Origin: Candidatus Poribacteria bacterium
GTDB lineage: Bacteria > Poribacteria > WGA-4E > WGA-3G
Assembly: GCA_965214095.1 (NCBI GenBank)
Contig: OZ243938.1
Span: forward strand, 2,752,001 to 2,816,000
Direction of reading: 5' to 3'
DNA: 64,000 nt
The notes under the pieces were generated by a model. The model saw only the letters and a list, made by a program, of their open reading frames with translations, had not been told where the DNA came from and searched no databases. The position numbers were made by a program, and so were the translations under genes. Shown one piece after another: positions 30,801 through 41,852 of this stretch; within the stretch, counting starts at the first letter, position 1; each line of letters starts with the position of its first letter.

Positions 30801-33800
30801 TGTTTATGGCATCCAATTCGTCCTGAACATCCCCAATAATTGGCGTATCCACCCAGAATTCACCACCACCAATAGCAGCCCGTTTATCATCATAAGCGAA
30901 CAACCTAACGACCCCTCTGCCGGGTAAGGCTTTAGGTGGAATATCCAACCGAATAGTTCCATATTCACCTTTCCAAATCTTGCTTTGAGTTCTTTGAGGC
31001 ACTTCATTTCCAAGCACGCTATCAAAGTGATTCTGGAATACTGCAGTAGCAAAGAAATGTCCCGTGTCAAACCCATCTGCTTTCCACCATGTCCCTTTAT
31101 TGTCGTAGACACCGACATCGTTGTTTAGAATGACAACCTGATTGTCAGAATTAAGTGCAAATGCTTCCAATTTGGTACGTATATCAAGGTTTGGGATTGC
31201 CAATCGTGTTGCTGGATCACCAAATAATATATATTGTTCGGTTCCAAGTGTATACCGAGAATTGTTGACGCGAGAGATGAAACTGATTTTGGCATCGTTG
31301 ACAATTTTACCGATAGTTGGAGAAATTGATGCAATCTCAGTTACTCCTTGCTTTGCTTCAAAAGGTTCCCGCACAAACATAGCAAGAAAAAGGTCATCAT
31401 CAAAATCTGCGTTTGCCTGTGCATAAGTTAATCGTGAGGCAGAAAGTGAAGCGATTGCCCCATATTTTCCAAGCAAAAATTGCTCACTAAGACAGTGTTT
31501 ACCAAATTCTTGAGGTTTATCAAATTGACCATTTAAGCAGGTCGTTGTAATAACAAATGGTAGATATCTATTGCGTAAAGCGACTGCATCCTGTAGTCGA
31601 AAAATACCTTCATCTGCCCATGTGCTGATTCCACCATGCCCAGCATATTCTACAATAAGTGCCCCATCGTTAAATCCTTTTTTGATGAGGGCACGAGTTT
31701 TTTCGGTTTTGTTAACACTATCTACCAATCGCAGATAGATAGGTATTGTGTTGTATCCTACAGGTATGATTTCTTGTATGAGTTTATTCCGTGTTTTCTC
31801 AAAAATATCATCGGAGGGATTGTCCAAATTGTCGTCCGCAACCTGGACTATAGTACCTTGCCACGGACCAATTTTAGGATTCTGTTCGTAGTCTATGATT
31901 TTCTTTACCATACTATCAAGATCAGACTCGGTTTGAGCTGCTAACCTGCCGATGAACATATCTGGCAGAGAATCATCGCCACTTATGTTGACAAATCTAT
32001 GGTCCATAGCAGTTTCGCCGCTGTCTGGTGCCCACCCGTGGTATGTAGGAACAAAATTCGGATAGAGATCATAGTTTCCGTGATAACGTTCAACAATTAT
32101 CTCTTTATAGTCATAGTGTGCATCACCGACGAGCAAAACATACGTTGGGGCTGGGGACTGCCATGTGTGATACGCATAACGTAAAAAGTGCTGTATTGAA
32201 AATGGATTGAAAAGACTGAAGCCAAATTCGTTATAGATTTCGTCCATTTCCACAACTAAAACTCTTAAACCTTGTGAACGTCTAAATTCAACCAACGGTT
32301 GTATGCTATCCAAAAATGTCTTATGGGTAATCACAATGTAGTCCGCTTGGTTAGCAGGACTTCGTAGCGTACTTGGTGGAATTTCAGTGAGGACTCCAAT
32401 ACTTTTATAACCGTTGTTAGTAACGGCAAAATAATTGGTAAGTCGTTTTACATCGTCTTCAAACAATATCTGGTATCCGTTGGTTATAGGTGTTACCAAT
32501 CCATCAGTCAGTTTTTCAGTCAAACCGCTGCTCCGACTCATTGCATAAAGATCAATTGTTTCGGATGAGAAGTTCGTGATTTTATACTGTGTTTTACCTT
32601 CTACTTCGGGTTCTGTATCACTGTTAAATTCAAGGCGGTTCGAATCAGCACGAAAAGTATGCCAATAATCAAATTCGTACCAATCAATATAAAAATCATA
32701 TTTTCCCGGTGGCGTGTTGTTTGAATCATTTGCTTCAATACGCAATTCATTGGTTGTAGTTGGATCAATTTTTCTCTGCGGAAAATCCCGTGTAACAATT
32801 GGTGCTTGCTGTCGTGTCCATTCCGCTACCTGGCCGAGTTGCTCATTATTAAAAGCGATTACAGCTTTATGTTTCGCTCCATTTCTTCGCCAAGAACCTT
32901 GTAACCTCACACGAAGCGTGGCATTTCTATTGAAGTTTTTATTTTCACGAGATACTGCCCGAGGAAGCTCAACTGGGAACTTTTTCGTCCTTATGTCAGA
33001 CCCATCACCTCTAAGACCAGTCCAAAAGTAGTGATCTACTAAATCAGATTTTACATTGGCATCATTTCCATCAAGCGGATCGTGATGTACGTTTTCCTCA
33101 AAACGTATTCTTGTTTTAAAAGCAAGCGGAGGTATGATGTCAGTGGCGACTGGTACTACCGAACGTGTACTGATGCGAAATGTGTCATCTATTTCTTGTG
33201 TATGTTCACTCCCTTTTTCGGAAAAACTGAATATATAAACATTTCTTTCAGTAAATTTGTTAACTATACCGCGTGCATAAAATACAATCATATCACCCGA
33301 ATCAAACGTATCATTCTGGTTATTATCAAAAATGTAATATCCTTGTCTACTACCACTTGTTTCTATCAAGACGGTATCAAAATCTATATCTTCTGGCGTA
33401 ACATCTGCTGATCGGAGGTTGTTATAGGTGATACGGTAGATATCGTTTCGCAAGATTGTTATTTTAAATCTTCTACGTGTTTGGGTTGGTGCGGCTGGGG
33501 CAGCTTGTATTCCCTTGGTATGCATCCGACCTAAACCTTGTCGCCAAGATCTCGCTTGTGTGTTGTTAATCAACATGGATCGGAATAGATCTTCATAAGC
33601 GGGGCTGTCGCTCAAAACGGATATTGGAGGTGTTAAGGCAGATTTTGGAGCACCGAAAAAATCAATACGAAATGTGATTTCTTCAGTGATTTTTATCTGT
33701 TGTGTGGTACTGTTATATTGTATTGGATGGACATGTAATGCGCCAATCCGCTGTGATCGCACAAATCCAACAGGAACAACTTGCACCATTTCAGCTGGAT

Positions 33801-34311
33801 ATAACGGAGAGTTATATGCCCCTGTTGATCCATTAAATTTCGATGCAGGAACATCTTCTTGATAAGCATCTGGGAAAAAAGGATCTTTTGCTTGATATGT
33901 GATGAGCGGATATTCTAATCTTTTAAAAGTACTCTGTTTATTAATTACCGTCGTTGATACACTGCTTGATGATGGCAACCCAACTTGTGCAGCGTAAGTA
34001 GGAAGTTTCGGCTTTCCTATTTCAGTTGTTGAGTTTGCACCATTGAATTGTACTTGTGTGAAGGTTTGTCCATTCTCTTGAACTTGCTGTATTTTAAGTT
34101 TGGGAAGACGGAACCTTAAGATAAGATAATGTGATTCTGTTTTTAAGACTTCTAAAAGATTATTTTGTGCATTGTGGGAATTGACGTTCAAACTCGGAGA
34201 TTGCAATCCATCAGTGGTCGGGTTGCATAACGCACCGACATTCACCTCAACTTGCAAAACTCCTATCATAAAACATAACAATAATATGAATAAATAACGT
34301 GTCTTTATCAT
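27829..34311 (-). CDS. Large secreted C25 (gingipain/PorU-like) cysteine peptidase with propeptide, Ig/CARDB-like repeats and C-terminal FlgD-Ig domain
   Basis: Signal peptide; IGKPKLP propeptide; ADYIVIT, YVLLVGDA, PDMFIGRL, YAGHGG (His), TTTCLNGQFD (Cys), LFGDPA; C-terminal NVPNP..IYTVNGRLIK..WDGRD..NGVYLY. Confidence 0.85.
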   Translation of the reverse strand: MIKTRYLFILLLCFMIGVLQVEVNVGALCNPTTDGLQSPSLNVNSHNAQNNLLEVLKTESHYLILRFRLPKLKIQQVQENGQTFTQVQFNGANSTTEIGKPKLPTYAAQVGLPSSSSVSTTVINKQSTFKRLEYPLITYQAKDPFFPDAYQEDVPASKFNGSTGAYNSPLYPAEMVQVVPVGFVRSQRIGALHVHPIQYNSTTQQIKITEEITFRIDFFGAPKSALTPPISVLSDSPAYEDLFRSMLINNTQARSWRQGLGRMHTKGIQAAPAAPTQTRRRFKITILRNDIYRITYNNLRSADVTPEDIDFDTVLIETSGSRQGYYIFDNNQNDTFDSGDMIVFYARGIVNKFTERNVYIFSFSEKGSEHTQEIDDTFRISTRSVVPVATDIIPPLAFKTRIRFEENVHHDPLDGNDANVKSDLVDHYFWTGLRGDGSDIRTKKFPVELPRAVSRENKNFNRNATLRVRLQGSWRRNGAKHKAVIAFNNEQLGQVAEWTRQQAPIVTRDFPQRKIDPTTTNELRIEANDSNNTPPGKYDFYIDWYEFDYWHTFRADSNRLEFNSDTEPEVEGKTQYKITNFSSETIDLYAMSRSSGLTEKLTDGLVTPITNGYQILFEDDVKRLTNYFAVTNNGYKSIGVLTEIPPSTLRSPANQADYIVITHKTFLDSIQPLVEFRRSQGLRVLVVEMDEIYNEFGFSLFNPFSIQHFLRYAYHTWQSPAPTYVLLVGDAHYDYKEIIVERYHGNYDLYPNFVPTYHGWAPDSGETAMDHRFVNISGDDSLPDMFIGRLAAQTESDLDSMVKKIIDYEQNPKIGPWQGTIVQVADDNLDNPSDDIFEKTRNKLIQEIIPVGYNTIPIYLRLVDSVNKTEKTRALIKKGFNDGALIVEYAGHGGISTWADEGIFRLQDAVALRNRYLPFVITTTCLNGQFDKPQEFGKHCLSEQFLLGKYGAIASLSASRLTYAQANADFDDDLFLAMFVREPFEAKQGVTEIASISPTIGKIVNDAKISFISRVNNSRYTLGTEQYILFGDPATRLAIPNLDIRTKLEAFALNSDNQVVILNNDVGVYDNKGTWWKADGFDTGHFFATAVFQNHFDSVLGNEVPQRTQSKIWKGEYGTIRLDIPPKALPGRGVVRLFAYDDKRAAIGGGEFWVDTPIIGDVQDELDAINTHTLNIQALVYDDQGGAKGINSIEVLWSDTVNPADKFVPMVKISPPPGTNEILPGGQWYEIQTPIPLPRGSFKIKYRIIITDTEGIKVYYPSSTGRIHVDVPKGPNITIGADGSSTVPIRYTFDEKTEKYVLTAELINNGGRTVKDGFEVLFTEGNPDKSNVLIVADDAEILGTVTVEPDEWEDGDTVLQRTTVKLQLDKSLETGVHDIYVLVDPEVDTEDDITGNVAEPSEYDNKLHITFVVNEFYYEQSKPLSAFSLDRVFDIDFPTSSAEVEGNRVPLTVSSSAPYALTQPSLSFATIPRVAAVRRGLLRTGDEYAQQYEVSFRAADVTLKKPVTLKLKFDNTSLEDIVRQNTPWREGSKDFRASIIEEAEKLAIYQWHPTYEKWRRLPSQVSYIAENGTPNPEEEGPIFKLENYVTPIQTENANKQTLPIDDIKIDPLRTPAGTWVILFLDPTQYDVYLKKKHGTLYEKFEKRGELDHPFREENIGIEFTIPSKWEPPSELDNGTPPVPFEFGDILAFETDYSNQLAVLKESRNQNVGNGTATIKARIGPRQEFAIGDWFLFFTSKQYYELRDSTGSQIYLTNETLAGERVNEEFYVSQLGFEILVSPSSEEFQFGDKIKFSTAQVAAITAEATELTPFTLLSSDDDKPPEFNLWVDGVQPQAGSVIAPRPHISILLEDVNGVNLDTLVIRRGDNSKPLKPISDYTLRNPKDVNTVPIDYKPILFPGEYAFEIEAIDFNDNAIGGKERIFKTRFTVVDMPDVSPPVIEILVNDELLEASDASSTDIDKNRIIEQPYCEVRVTDETALDNSLLNITFNQISADGTESETTIRYREFDEAKWDFDEDDPGTASISFAPNLENGIYRLQVTATDTSENTTEYETTFTLDEAVNLSEVFNVPNPTEDGKTHFTYQLLQPPDKVTIKIYTVNGRLIKTITEASAERGANETFWDGRDEIGIRCANGVYLYRVIANTNKGSVEKIGKLAILR

Positions 34312-35393
34312 GAATTACTCGCTAATTGTGCTGCTGCTACTAATGCAGCGATAAGACTTTTTTCACTTGCTATACCTTGTCCCGCGATGTCAAACGCTGT
34401 ACCGTGGTCAACGCTTGTGCGGATGATTGGCAAACCTAATGTTATATTCACAATCTGTCCAAATCCAATCAACTTAATCGGTATATTACCTTGATCATGA
34501 TACATTACAATGACAACGTCCCATTCTCCCATTATTGCCTTTTTGAATAGTGTATCCGCTGGCAAAGGACCGTCTACTTGTAATCCTGTGGCCTGTGCCT
34601 GATTAATCGCTGGTATGAGACATGTCTGTTCTTCTTTTCCGAACATACCCTCTTCTCCTGCGTGTGGATTCAAACCTGCAACAACTAATCGAGGATTGGC
34701 AATACCGAATTGGACCAAGGTATCATGTGTTATTTGAATAACATCTACAATCCTTTCCACTGATAACTGCTGTGGGACCTCAGAAATCGGAATGTGACTT
34801 GTCACAAATGTAACCGTAAGTTCCTCTACTGTATTAGTAGTTATAGAACCGTTTTTCTTCTCTTTTTTTGTGCCAGTATTGAATTCAGAATTAAATTGGT
34901 TTGGGACGTTCCATGTTTTGAGCATCATAACAGTTTTTTCTGATTTTGTAAAATCTGCCAGCATTTCAGTGTGCCCGGGGAATTGTGAACCTGCGCGTTG
35001 TATCGCAGCCTTACAAATTGGCGCGGTAGTGACAGCATCAAACGCACCATCCATTGTGAGTTTCACAGCAGTCTCAATTGCCTGAATTGCTGCTGCACCG
35101 CATTGGGCATCAATTGTTCCAAACGAAATATCTTCAGGAGCTAACGTACTTACATCAAGCACATCAATCCTGCCGTACGATGTTGCAATGTGTTTTGGGG
35201 ACTGGATAAGCGAAACTTGGGGAGAAAAGTTTGTTGTGGTAATCAGTTTTAAGGCATTCTGGATTATAGCGACACTACCGATGACAATCGGATGACATAT
35301 CTGGTAGATGTTTTTGTTAGAAAGGGTTTTAACGATAATTTCCGGACCGATGCCGGCAGCATCTCCCATGGTTATCCCGATACGTGGCAACAT
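34308..35393 (-). CDS. pdxA: 4-hydroxythreonine-4-phosphate dehydrogenase
   Basis: TMGDAAGIGPE, TAPICK, PGHTE, GLNPHAGE, MYHDQG, RTSVDHGTAFDIAG. Confidence 0.93.
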   Translation of the reverse strand: MLPRIGITMGDAAGIGPEIIVKTLSNKNIYQICHPIVIGSVAIIQNALKLITTTNFSPQVSLIQSPKHIATSYGRIDVLDVSTLAPEDISFGTIDAQCGAAAIQAIETAVKLTMDGAFDAVTTAPICKAAIQRAGSQFPGHTEMLADFTKSEKTVMMLKTWNVPNQFNSEFNTGTKKEKKNGSITTNTVEELTVTFVTSHIPISEVPQQLSVERIVDVIQITHDTLVQFGIANPRLVVAGLNPHAGEEGMFGKEEQTCLIPAINQAQATGLQVDGPLPADTLFKKAIMGEWDVVIVMYHDQGNIPIKLIGFGQIVNITLGLPIIRTSVDHGTAFDIAGQGIASEKSLIAALVAAAQLASNS

Positions 35394-35436
35394 ATTTAGT
35401 TTCTTAGGGAATAATTTTTACAGTAATCATCTGTCC

Positions 35437-35715
35437 TTATTCAACGAGGCGATACAGTGTGGTAGCCCGGGCTTTAGACACATTTCCTGTAGGCACATCA
35501 AGAATCTCATAAGTCAATTCTTGTGCATCTTCAGTAGGCAAACGATCAGAAATGATAGTAATCCGATCCCCTATATTGACAGTTTTGCCTGCTTTTGTCG
35601 GCTGGTTGTTGAGTAGAACATTACCACGACTACACAACGTATTTGCAGCATTGCGTCTCTTAACAAGCCGCGAAAGTTGTAAAAACTTATCTACTCGCAT
35701 TTCAGTATCAACCAA
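35437..35715 (-). CDS. S4-domain RNA-binding protein (YabO/RqcP/Hsp15-like)
   Basis: MRVDKFLQLSRLVKRR...GD.ITI; probable start 35700. Confidence 0.85.
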   Translation of the reverse strand: MVDTEMRVDKFLQLSRLVKRRNAANTLCSRGNVLLNNQPTKAGKTVNIGDRITIISDRLPTEDAQELTYEILDVPTGNVSKARATTLYRLVE

Positions 35716-35740
35716 GATTTAATTTACAAACAAAAGAGTG

Positions 35741-38254
35741 TTAGTTTCCAGTTTGTCCTATTGTGTCCGGGTTCTGTAGCGTTGCTTCGTCAACGGGGGG
35801 CGTAATTCCTTCTGGTTCAGTTTCAGGTGAATCATCAGTTTCTTTTATGAATGCCAATTCAAGCACTTGGGTAATATCGGTTACTTGATGCCATCTGATG
35901 TTCTCTCGTATCTCATCTGGAATGTCAGCAAGGTCTTTCTCATTGTCTTGCGGCATGATGATGTCAACAATCCCGTTACGATAAGCAGCGAGTGCTTTTT
36001 CTTTTAGTCCACCGATGGGAAGTACATGTCCGCGGAGGGTAATTTCTCCTGTCATAGCGACATCTTTGCGAACTTTTTTGCCTGTGATTGCACTGAGAAT
36101 CGCTGTTGCAACGGTGATACCTGCTGAAGGACCATCCTTCGGTACTGCCCCTTCAGGGATATGGATATGGATATCGTTTTTCTCAAATGTATCTTTGGTT
36201 ATATCAAAGTGGTCAGCGCGAGAGCGGAGATATGCTACAGCAGTTTGCACGGATTCTCGCATCACATCTTGGAGTTGGCCCGTCATATCCAACTTACCTT
36301 CTCCCGGCATAAGTGTTGCTTCAACAGAGACAATATCTCCAGCGACTTGTGTCCAGACCATTCCTGTTGAGACACCGACTTCGTCTTGTTCTTGGGCTTT
36401 AGTCCGCACCCACTTTGGTGGACCAAGGTAGTCACTGATATTCAATGTATTGATTTTTACCTTCAGATCCGGTGTATCGTCTGTTACGATCTGTTTTGCG
36501 ATTTTTCTACAGACACTGGTAATAGTACGTTCAAGACTTCGTACCCCTGCTTCACGCGTATATTTATGGATGATGTCAAAGATAGCAGAATCCTCAAACG
36601 TTATATTATCTTCCTTTAGTCCATGGTTATTCAGCTGTTTCGGAATTAGTCCGTTAGGATGGAAAGTCGCAATTTTGTGTTTCTCAAAATCGGTATATCC
36701 CGGCAGTTCAATGACTTCCATTCTGTCTTCAAGAGCGGGCGGTATTGTAATACGCGTATTCGCTGTTGTTACGAACATGACATCCGATAGATCAAATTCA
36801 ACATCCAGATAGTGATCTCTGAAGGTTTCATTCTGTTCAGGATCAAGTACTTCAAGGAGTGCTGATGCAGGGTCACCACGCCAATCGGAACTCAACTTAT
36901 CAATCTCATCAAGCAGGAAAAGCGGATTTTTTGTCTTGACATCGCGCAACCCCTGTATGATGCGTCCGGGAATAGCCCCGATATATGTCCTTCTGTGTCC
37001 GCGTATCTCTGCCTCATCACGTACACCACCGAGAGACATCCGAACAAATTTCCTACCAGTTGCACGGGCGATCGATTTACCTAACGATGTTTTTCCAACA
37101 CCCGGCGGTCCGACTAAACAAAGAATAGGTCCTTTTAACTTCTCAACCAATTTTAAGACAGCAAGGTATTCCAAGACATTTGTTTTGGGTTTATCCAATC
37201 CGTAATGGTCTTCGTTAAGAATCTTTTCTGCATTATCAAGTTCAATTGCATTTTCAGTCCGTTCCTTCCACGGTACTGCAAGAAGCCAATCAACGTAGTT
37301 ACGAATCACTCCGGACTCCGCAGACATAGGGGGTATTTGGGCAAGTCTGCTGAGTTCCTTGAGTGCTTTTGTTTCCGCTTCTTCAGTCATTCCAGCATTT
37401 TTGACCTGCTCGCGTAGATCATCAATATCATCAATATCATCTTCTCGTCCAAGTTCCTTCTGAATTGCTTTCATCTTTTCCTGAAGTACGAATTCACGAT
37501 GAGATTTCCTGACAGACTCACCCACCTTATTTTCAATTTCCTCATCCAAGTCAAACAGATCGAGTTCTGTTTCAAGAAGGGTAACAACATAATTGAGACG
37601 TTTGATAGGATTCAGTTCCTCAAGGATTTCCTGCCGTTTATCAGGGGATGGAAAAGCATTTTCTGTATATTGTGAAACATAACGCGTGATATTATCTGCC
37701 ACAATTCCAGGTTCCACGATCTCACGTATGTGTTTTTCTATGTCAGGTATGATACGTTTAGAAAGCGATTTTATATAACCACGAAAAATCTTCTTCGCCT
37801 CATCAATTTGGGTCTTAGAAACGTCTGCTACCCCTGTGAGTTCAGAAACGATTTTGACAGTTGCAGTTAAATAACCTTCATCCTGTGTGCATTGTGCGAC
37901 AATTGCGCGAGAGGTCGTCTCTATGGCAATACGAATCGTACCGTTCTTCGGGTCATGATCTTGTATAATATTCGCTACGATTCCGACAGAATGTAGGTCG
38001 TCGGGTTTAGGTTCTACATCTTTCTCAAGTTCAGTTTTTTGGTGTAGGAGCAAGACCTTCCAATTCGATGTGAGTGCTGCCTGGGCGGCAAGGACTCCCA
38101 TTTTTCGCTGGATGGTCAACGGAGTCCAATCCACCAACCTGTTATCAAGGAAAGCTTTCGTTTTTGGAAAAAAGGTATCAAAATGTGGTGGTAACGCGAT
38201 AACAGGCAACACAACAGCCGATTCGTTTTCATGTCTGACAGGCTCTTGACTCAT
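35741..38254 (-). CDS. lon: Lon protease
   Basis: GPPGVGKTS, GHRRTYIGA, LLEVLDPEQN, PKDGPSAG, PIGGLKEK. Confidence 0.97.
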   Translation of the reverse strand: MSQEPVRHENESAVVLPVIALPPHFDTFFPKTKAFLDNRLVDWTPLTIQRKMGVLAAQAALTSNWKVLLLHQKTELEKDVEPKPDDLHSVGIVANIIQDHDPKNGTIRIAIETTSRAIVAQCTQDEGYLTATVKIVSELTGVADVSKTQIDEAKKIFRGYIKSLSKRIIPDIEKHIREIVEPGIVADNITRYVSQYTENAFPSPDKRQEILEELNPIKRLNYVVTLLETELDLFDLDEEIENKVGESVRKSHREFVLQEKMKAIQKELGREDDIDDIDDLREQVKNAGMTEEAETKALKELSRLAQIPPMSAESGVIRNYVDWLLAVPWKERTENAIELDNAEKILNEDHYGLDKPKTNVLEYLAVLKLVEKLKGPILCLVGPPGVGKTSLGKSIARATGRKFVRMSLGGVRDEAEIRGHRRTYIGAIPGRIIQGLRDVKTKNPLFLLDEIDKLSSDWRGDPASALLEVLDPEQNETFRDHYLDVEFDLSDVMFVTTANTRITIPPALEDRMEVIELPGYTDFEKHKIATFHPNGLIPKQLNNHGLKEDNITFEDSAIFDIIHKYTREAGVRSLERTITSVCRKIAKQIVTDDTPDLKVKINTLNISDYLGPPKWVRTKAQEQDEVGVSTGMVWTQVAGDIVSVEATLMPGEGKLDMTGQLQDVMRESVQTAVAYLRSRADHFDITKDTFEKNDIHIHIPEGAVPKDGPSAGITVATAILSAITGKKVRKDVAMTGEITLRGHVLPIGGLKEKALAAYRNGIVDIIMPQDNEKDLADIPDEIRENIRWHQVTDITQVLELAFIKETDDSPETEPEGITPPVDEATLQNPDTIGQTGN

Positions 38255-38265
38255 AGTTTGCTCCT

Positions 38266-39555
38266 TTATGCGGTTTTGAGTTCTTCAGAAGAAGTTTCAA
38301 CTAATTCAGGAGGACTTTTACCTAAAACACTATCTTTGGTAATCTGACATGTCTGGACTTCCGAAAGTGATGGGATCCGATACATTGTTTCCAGCATGAT
38401 TTTTTCCATAACTGCGCGTAATCCACGAGCACCCGTTTCGCGTTCAATCACCTGATTGGCAATCGCTGAAAGCGCATCATCGGTTACATCAAACTGCACA
38501 CCTTCATAGGCTAAAAGTTGCTGATATTGTTTAACAATCGCGTTTTTCGGCTCGGTGAGAATCCTGATAAGGGCAGATTCATCAAGTTCTTGGAGAATCG
38601 CAACTACAGGGAGTCTACCAATAAGTTCGGGGATAAAACCATATTTTATCAGATCCTTAGCCGTGGTATGCTCAATTATTTCGTGAATTTTCTGTTGTTG
38701 TTTGGATTTGATGGTTGAACCAAAACCTATGCTCTGTTTCCCAAGTCGACTTTTGATAAGGTTCTCTAAACCGATGAAAGTACCACCACAAATAAAAAGC
38801 ACATTCTTAGTATCAACCTCTAACATCTCTTGGTGGGGGTGTTTTCTTCCACCACGTGGTGGAACACTCGCTACGGTGCCTTCTAAAATCTTTAGAAGTG
38901 CTTGCTGTACCCCTTCACCCGAAACATCCCGAGTAATTGATGGATTTTCGGATTTGCGGGTTATCTTGTCAATTTCGTCTATGTAAATAATACCCGTTTG
39001 AGCACGTTTGATGTTTCCATCCGCTGCTTGAACGAGTTTCAAAATTATGTTCTCTACATCTTCACCGACATAACCGGCTTCCGTAACGGTTGTTGCATCT
39101 GCAATTGCAAAAGGAACATTCAATACTTTGGCAAGCGTTTGTGCAAGCAGTGTTTTACCGGTACCAGTTGGTCCGATTAGCAAGATGTTACTTTTGTCTA
39201 GTTCAATATCATTTGCCTTATCATGTTGCAATCGTTTATAGTGTGTGTAAACAGCGACAGAAAGAATCTTTTTAGCATGTTCCTGTCCAATAACGTATTC
39301 ATCAAGTTTTGCCTTAATTTCTGATGGTTCAAGCAGTAAGACCGGAGGTTCAACGTCTTCCTCTTCTGGTTCATCAACGTCAGGAGGTTGTTCAGGCAAA
39401 TCTACAGCGGGATTTCCTTTAGCGAGTATTCTATTACACTCATTGACACAAACATCGCATATCATTGCTTCTGCCCCCTGAAGGAGTTCAGATACTTGAC
39501 TGCGTTCTCTATTACAGAATGAACAAAACATTCTGTTATCAATTGATTCTGACAT
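38266..39555 (-). CDS. clpX: ATP-dependent Clp protease ATPase subunit
   Basis: CSFC..CDVC zinc finger, [22 protein letters not shown] loop. Confidence 0.97.
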   Translation of the reverse strand: MSESIDNRMFCSFCNRERSQVSELLQGAEAMICDVCVNECNRILAKGNPAVDLPEQPPDVDEPEEEDVEPPVLLLEPSEIKAKLDEYVIGQEHAKKILSVAVYTHYKRLQHDKANDIELDKSNILLIGPTGTGKTLLAQTLAKVLNVPFAIADATTVTEAGYVGEDVENIILKLVQAADGNIKRAQTGIIYIDEIDKITRKSENPSITRDVSGEGVQQALLKILEGTVASVPPRGGRKHPHQEMLEVDTKNVLFICGGTFIGLENLIKSRLGKQSIGFGSTIKSKQQQKIHEIIEHTTAKDLIKYGFIPELIGRLPVVAILQELDESALIRILTEPKNAIVKQYQQLLAYEGVQFDVTDDALSAIANQVIERETGARGLRAVMEKIMLETMYRIPSLSEVQTCQITKDSVLGKSPPELVETSSEELKTA

Positions 39556-39641
39556 TCTATCCTCCGACTTCTTTCCCGATAATGCGTTATATAAAAGTTG
39601 GCATGTCTTATTTGAAAGTGTAGAACATACGAATTTGATAG

Positions 39642-40232
39642 TTATTGACGATGTGCTACAACAGTATCAACAATGCCATAGTCCAAGGCTTCTGAAGCTG
39701 TCATATAAAAATCTCGGTCAGCATCCTTTTCTATTTTTTCTAAACTTTGTCCAGTATGCTGTGCTAACAGCGTGTAAAGCCGTTCACGTTCACGCAAGAT
39801 TTCATTCGCATGAATACTGATATCCGTTGCTTGTCCACTAATTCCACCCGCCATGGGTTGATGAATTAGTGCTTTTGAATGCGGCAAAGCGTATCTTTTA
39901 CCTGGGGTTCCCGCAGCCAATAAGACTGCTCCCATGCTGTAGGCGCGTCCTAAACACCATGTTTGAACATCCGCCTTGATATACTGCATTGTATCGTATA
40001 TGGCTAAACCCGCTGAAACCGACCCACCCGGAGTATTGAGATATAATATAATATCTGCATCCGGGTCTTTCCCCTCAAGAAAAAGCATTTGTGCTGTAAC
40101 CAAATTCGCAACAGTGTCATCTTCTATGGGAGATCCGATCATTATAATTCGGTCTTCCAACAACCGAGAATATATGTCATAAGACCTTTCGCCTCGATTT
40201 GTTTGTTCAACAACAAAGGGTACAAGATTCAT
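39642..40232 (-). CDS. clpP: Clp protease proteolytic subunit
   Basis: [30 protein letters not shown]. Confidence 0.97.
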   Translation of the reverse strand: MNLVPFVVEQTNRGERSYDIYSRLLEDRIIMIGSPIEDDTVANLVTAQMLFLEGKDPDADIILYLNTPGGSVSAGLAIYDTMQYIKADVQTWCLGRAYSMGAVLLAAGTPGKRYALPHSKALIHQPMAGGISGQATDISIHANEILRERERLYTLLAQHTGQSLEKIEKDADRDFYMTASEALDYGIVDTVVAHRQ

Positions 40233-40236
40233 TAAA

Positions 40237-41544
40237 CTAACCCGTAATAATAATACTCTTTTTTTCTGATGATTGCTGAATTAGAAAATCGTAAATCTTT
40301 TCGTGCTGGAGTCCAATTCTAAATTCTTCCATACGATTGCTTGTTTTCAGCAAATCGGCATATCTATAGACATCCTGATTCAATTGCTGGGCAGCCCGTC
40401 GTATTTCCCAATCTAACTCATCTTCAGTCACATATATACCTTCCACATCAGAGATTTCTTCAAAAATCCAATTCTGTTTAGTCTGCTTAATCACATTCTC
40501 ACGCAATTCTGCTGGATAGGTCTCCATATTGATGCCAGCATCTTCGGGCGTCTTTCCTTCTGTTTTTAACTGTTTTTGTAAATTCTCAAGTGTTTGCTGA
40601 ACATGTTTGTCAATCAATTCATCTGGAATTTTTATATCAATCTTTTCAATAAGTTGTTCAAGTATCTGTTCCTTTTGCTGCTCAACATGTAATATTCGCT
40701 GATTTTCAACCATTGTGTTCCAGATAACACCGTGCATCTGATTATATGTTTCGTATCCGAGGTCCTTTGCGAATTCATCATCAAGTGCCGGTAGGTGTTT
40801 CACTGTGATTGCATGTAGTGAAACATCAAAGGACACCGTTTTTCCTGCCAGTGCAGCTACTGGGTATGCTGCATCAAAATCAACCTCAATGATCTTCGTA
40901 TCACCGACACACATCCCAATAAGACCAGAAACCAAATCCGGTTGGATCTCTTCAGACATTAGGTCAATATCTATATCCTGTGCTGATTCACTGTCAAGTT
41001 CTTCACCATCTACGGTGCATATCCAATCTACACGCACACAATCTGTTGCTTCAACAGCACGGTCTTCTTCAATCGGTTCATAAGTAGCCGATTGCATTTG
41101 TAAACGTTTAATATGCGCTTCCACATCTTCACGCGGAACATTAACTGCTGTCTTGTCAGTTATGATTTCTTCGTAGTCAGGAAGAGTAATCTTCGGTCTT
41201 ACATTAACAGTCGCTGAGAATACAAAGGGTTGATTCTCTGTGACCTTCATCTCTTGCAGGGGTGGATCAAAAGTGGGTTGATCAAGAGGTATAAGTTCTT
41301 CGTCTATCAGGGCATCTTCAAATGCGGGCAAAACAAGCTGATTAACAACTTCGCTATTGATATGGTCCGGGAAACGAGACTTGATTATAGCTAAAGGAGC
41401 GCGTCCTTTTCTAAACCCCGGAAGTGATACATAATTCCGCAATACCTGGTACGCTTCTTGTAATTTTTCGTCTACATCTTCTGCAGGAACCTCAATCTTT
41501 AATCTGACTTGTGTGTTATCAAGCGTTTCAACATCAACTATCAA
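40237..41544 (-). CDS. tig: Trigger factor
   Basis: PGFRKGRAP signature, LDDEFAK, position upstream of clpPX. Confidence 0.93.
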   Translation of the reverse strand: MIVDVETLDNTQVRLKIEVPAEDVDEKLQEAYQVLRNYVSLPGFRKGRAPLAIIKSRFPDHINSEVVNQLVLPAFEDALIDEELIPLDQPTFDPPLQEMKVTENQPFVFSATVNVRPKITLPDYEEIITDKTAVNVPREDVEAHIKRLQMQSATYEPIEEDRAVEATDCVRVDWICTVDGEELDSESAQDIDIDLMSEEIQPDLVSGLIGMCVGDTKIIEVDFDAAYPVAALAGKTVSFDVSLHAITVKHLPALDDEFAKDLGYETYNQMHGVIWNTMVENQRILHVEQQKEQILEQLIEKIDIKIPDELIDKHVQQTLENLQKQLKTEGKTPEDAGINMETYPAELRENVIKQTKQNWIFEEISDVEGIYVTEDELDWEIRRAAQQLNQDVYRYADLLKTSNRMEEFRIGLQHEKIYDFLIQQSSEKKSIIITG

Positions 41545-41686
41545 GGTGGTATCTCCCTTTATCAGCTCACAATAAGGTAGGTCTTGTATGGTACATCAAT
41601 TTCCTATATGTATTGAGGCAAACAACGCATCATAAGTGCAATAATGTTGGAGCATCACTTTTACTCACACCGTGTTGTGATATAAG

Positions 41687-41772
41687 TGGGCGAGGAGGGA
41701 CTTGAACCCTCACGAGGCATAACCCCAATAGATCCTAAGTCTATCCTGTCTACCAAATTCCAGCACCCGCCC
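41687..41772 (-). tRNA. tRNA-Leu(TAG)
   Basis: Cloverleaf with long variable arm; anticodon arm ATAGA-CTTAGGA-TCTAT. Confidence 0.93.
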
Positions 41773-41852
41773 TTTATCTGACACTCAAAGTAAAGTAGTC
41801 CATCTCTATAGAAAGTTTACCATACGTGCATCTGTTCGTTAGATAGAACGGA

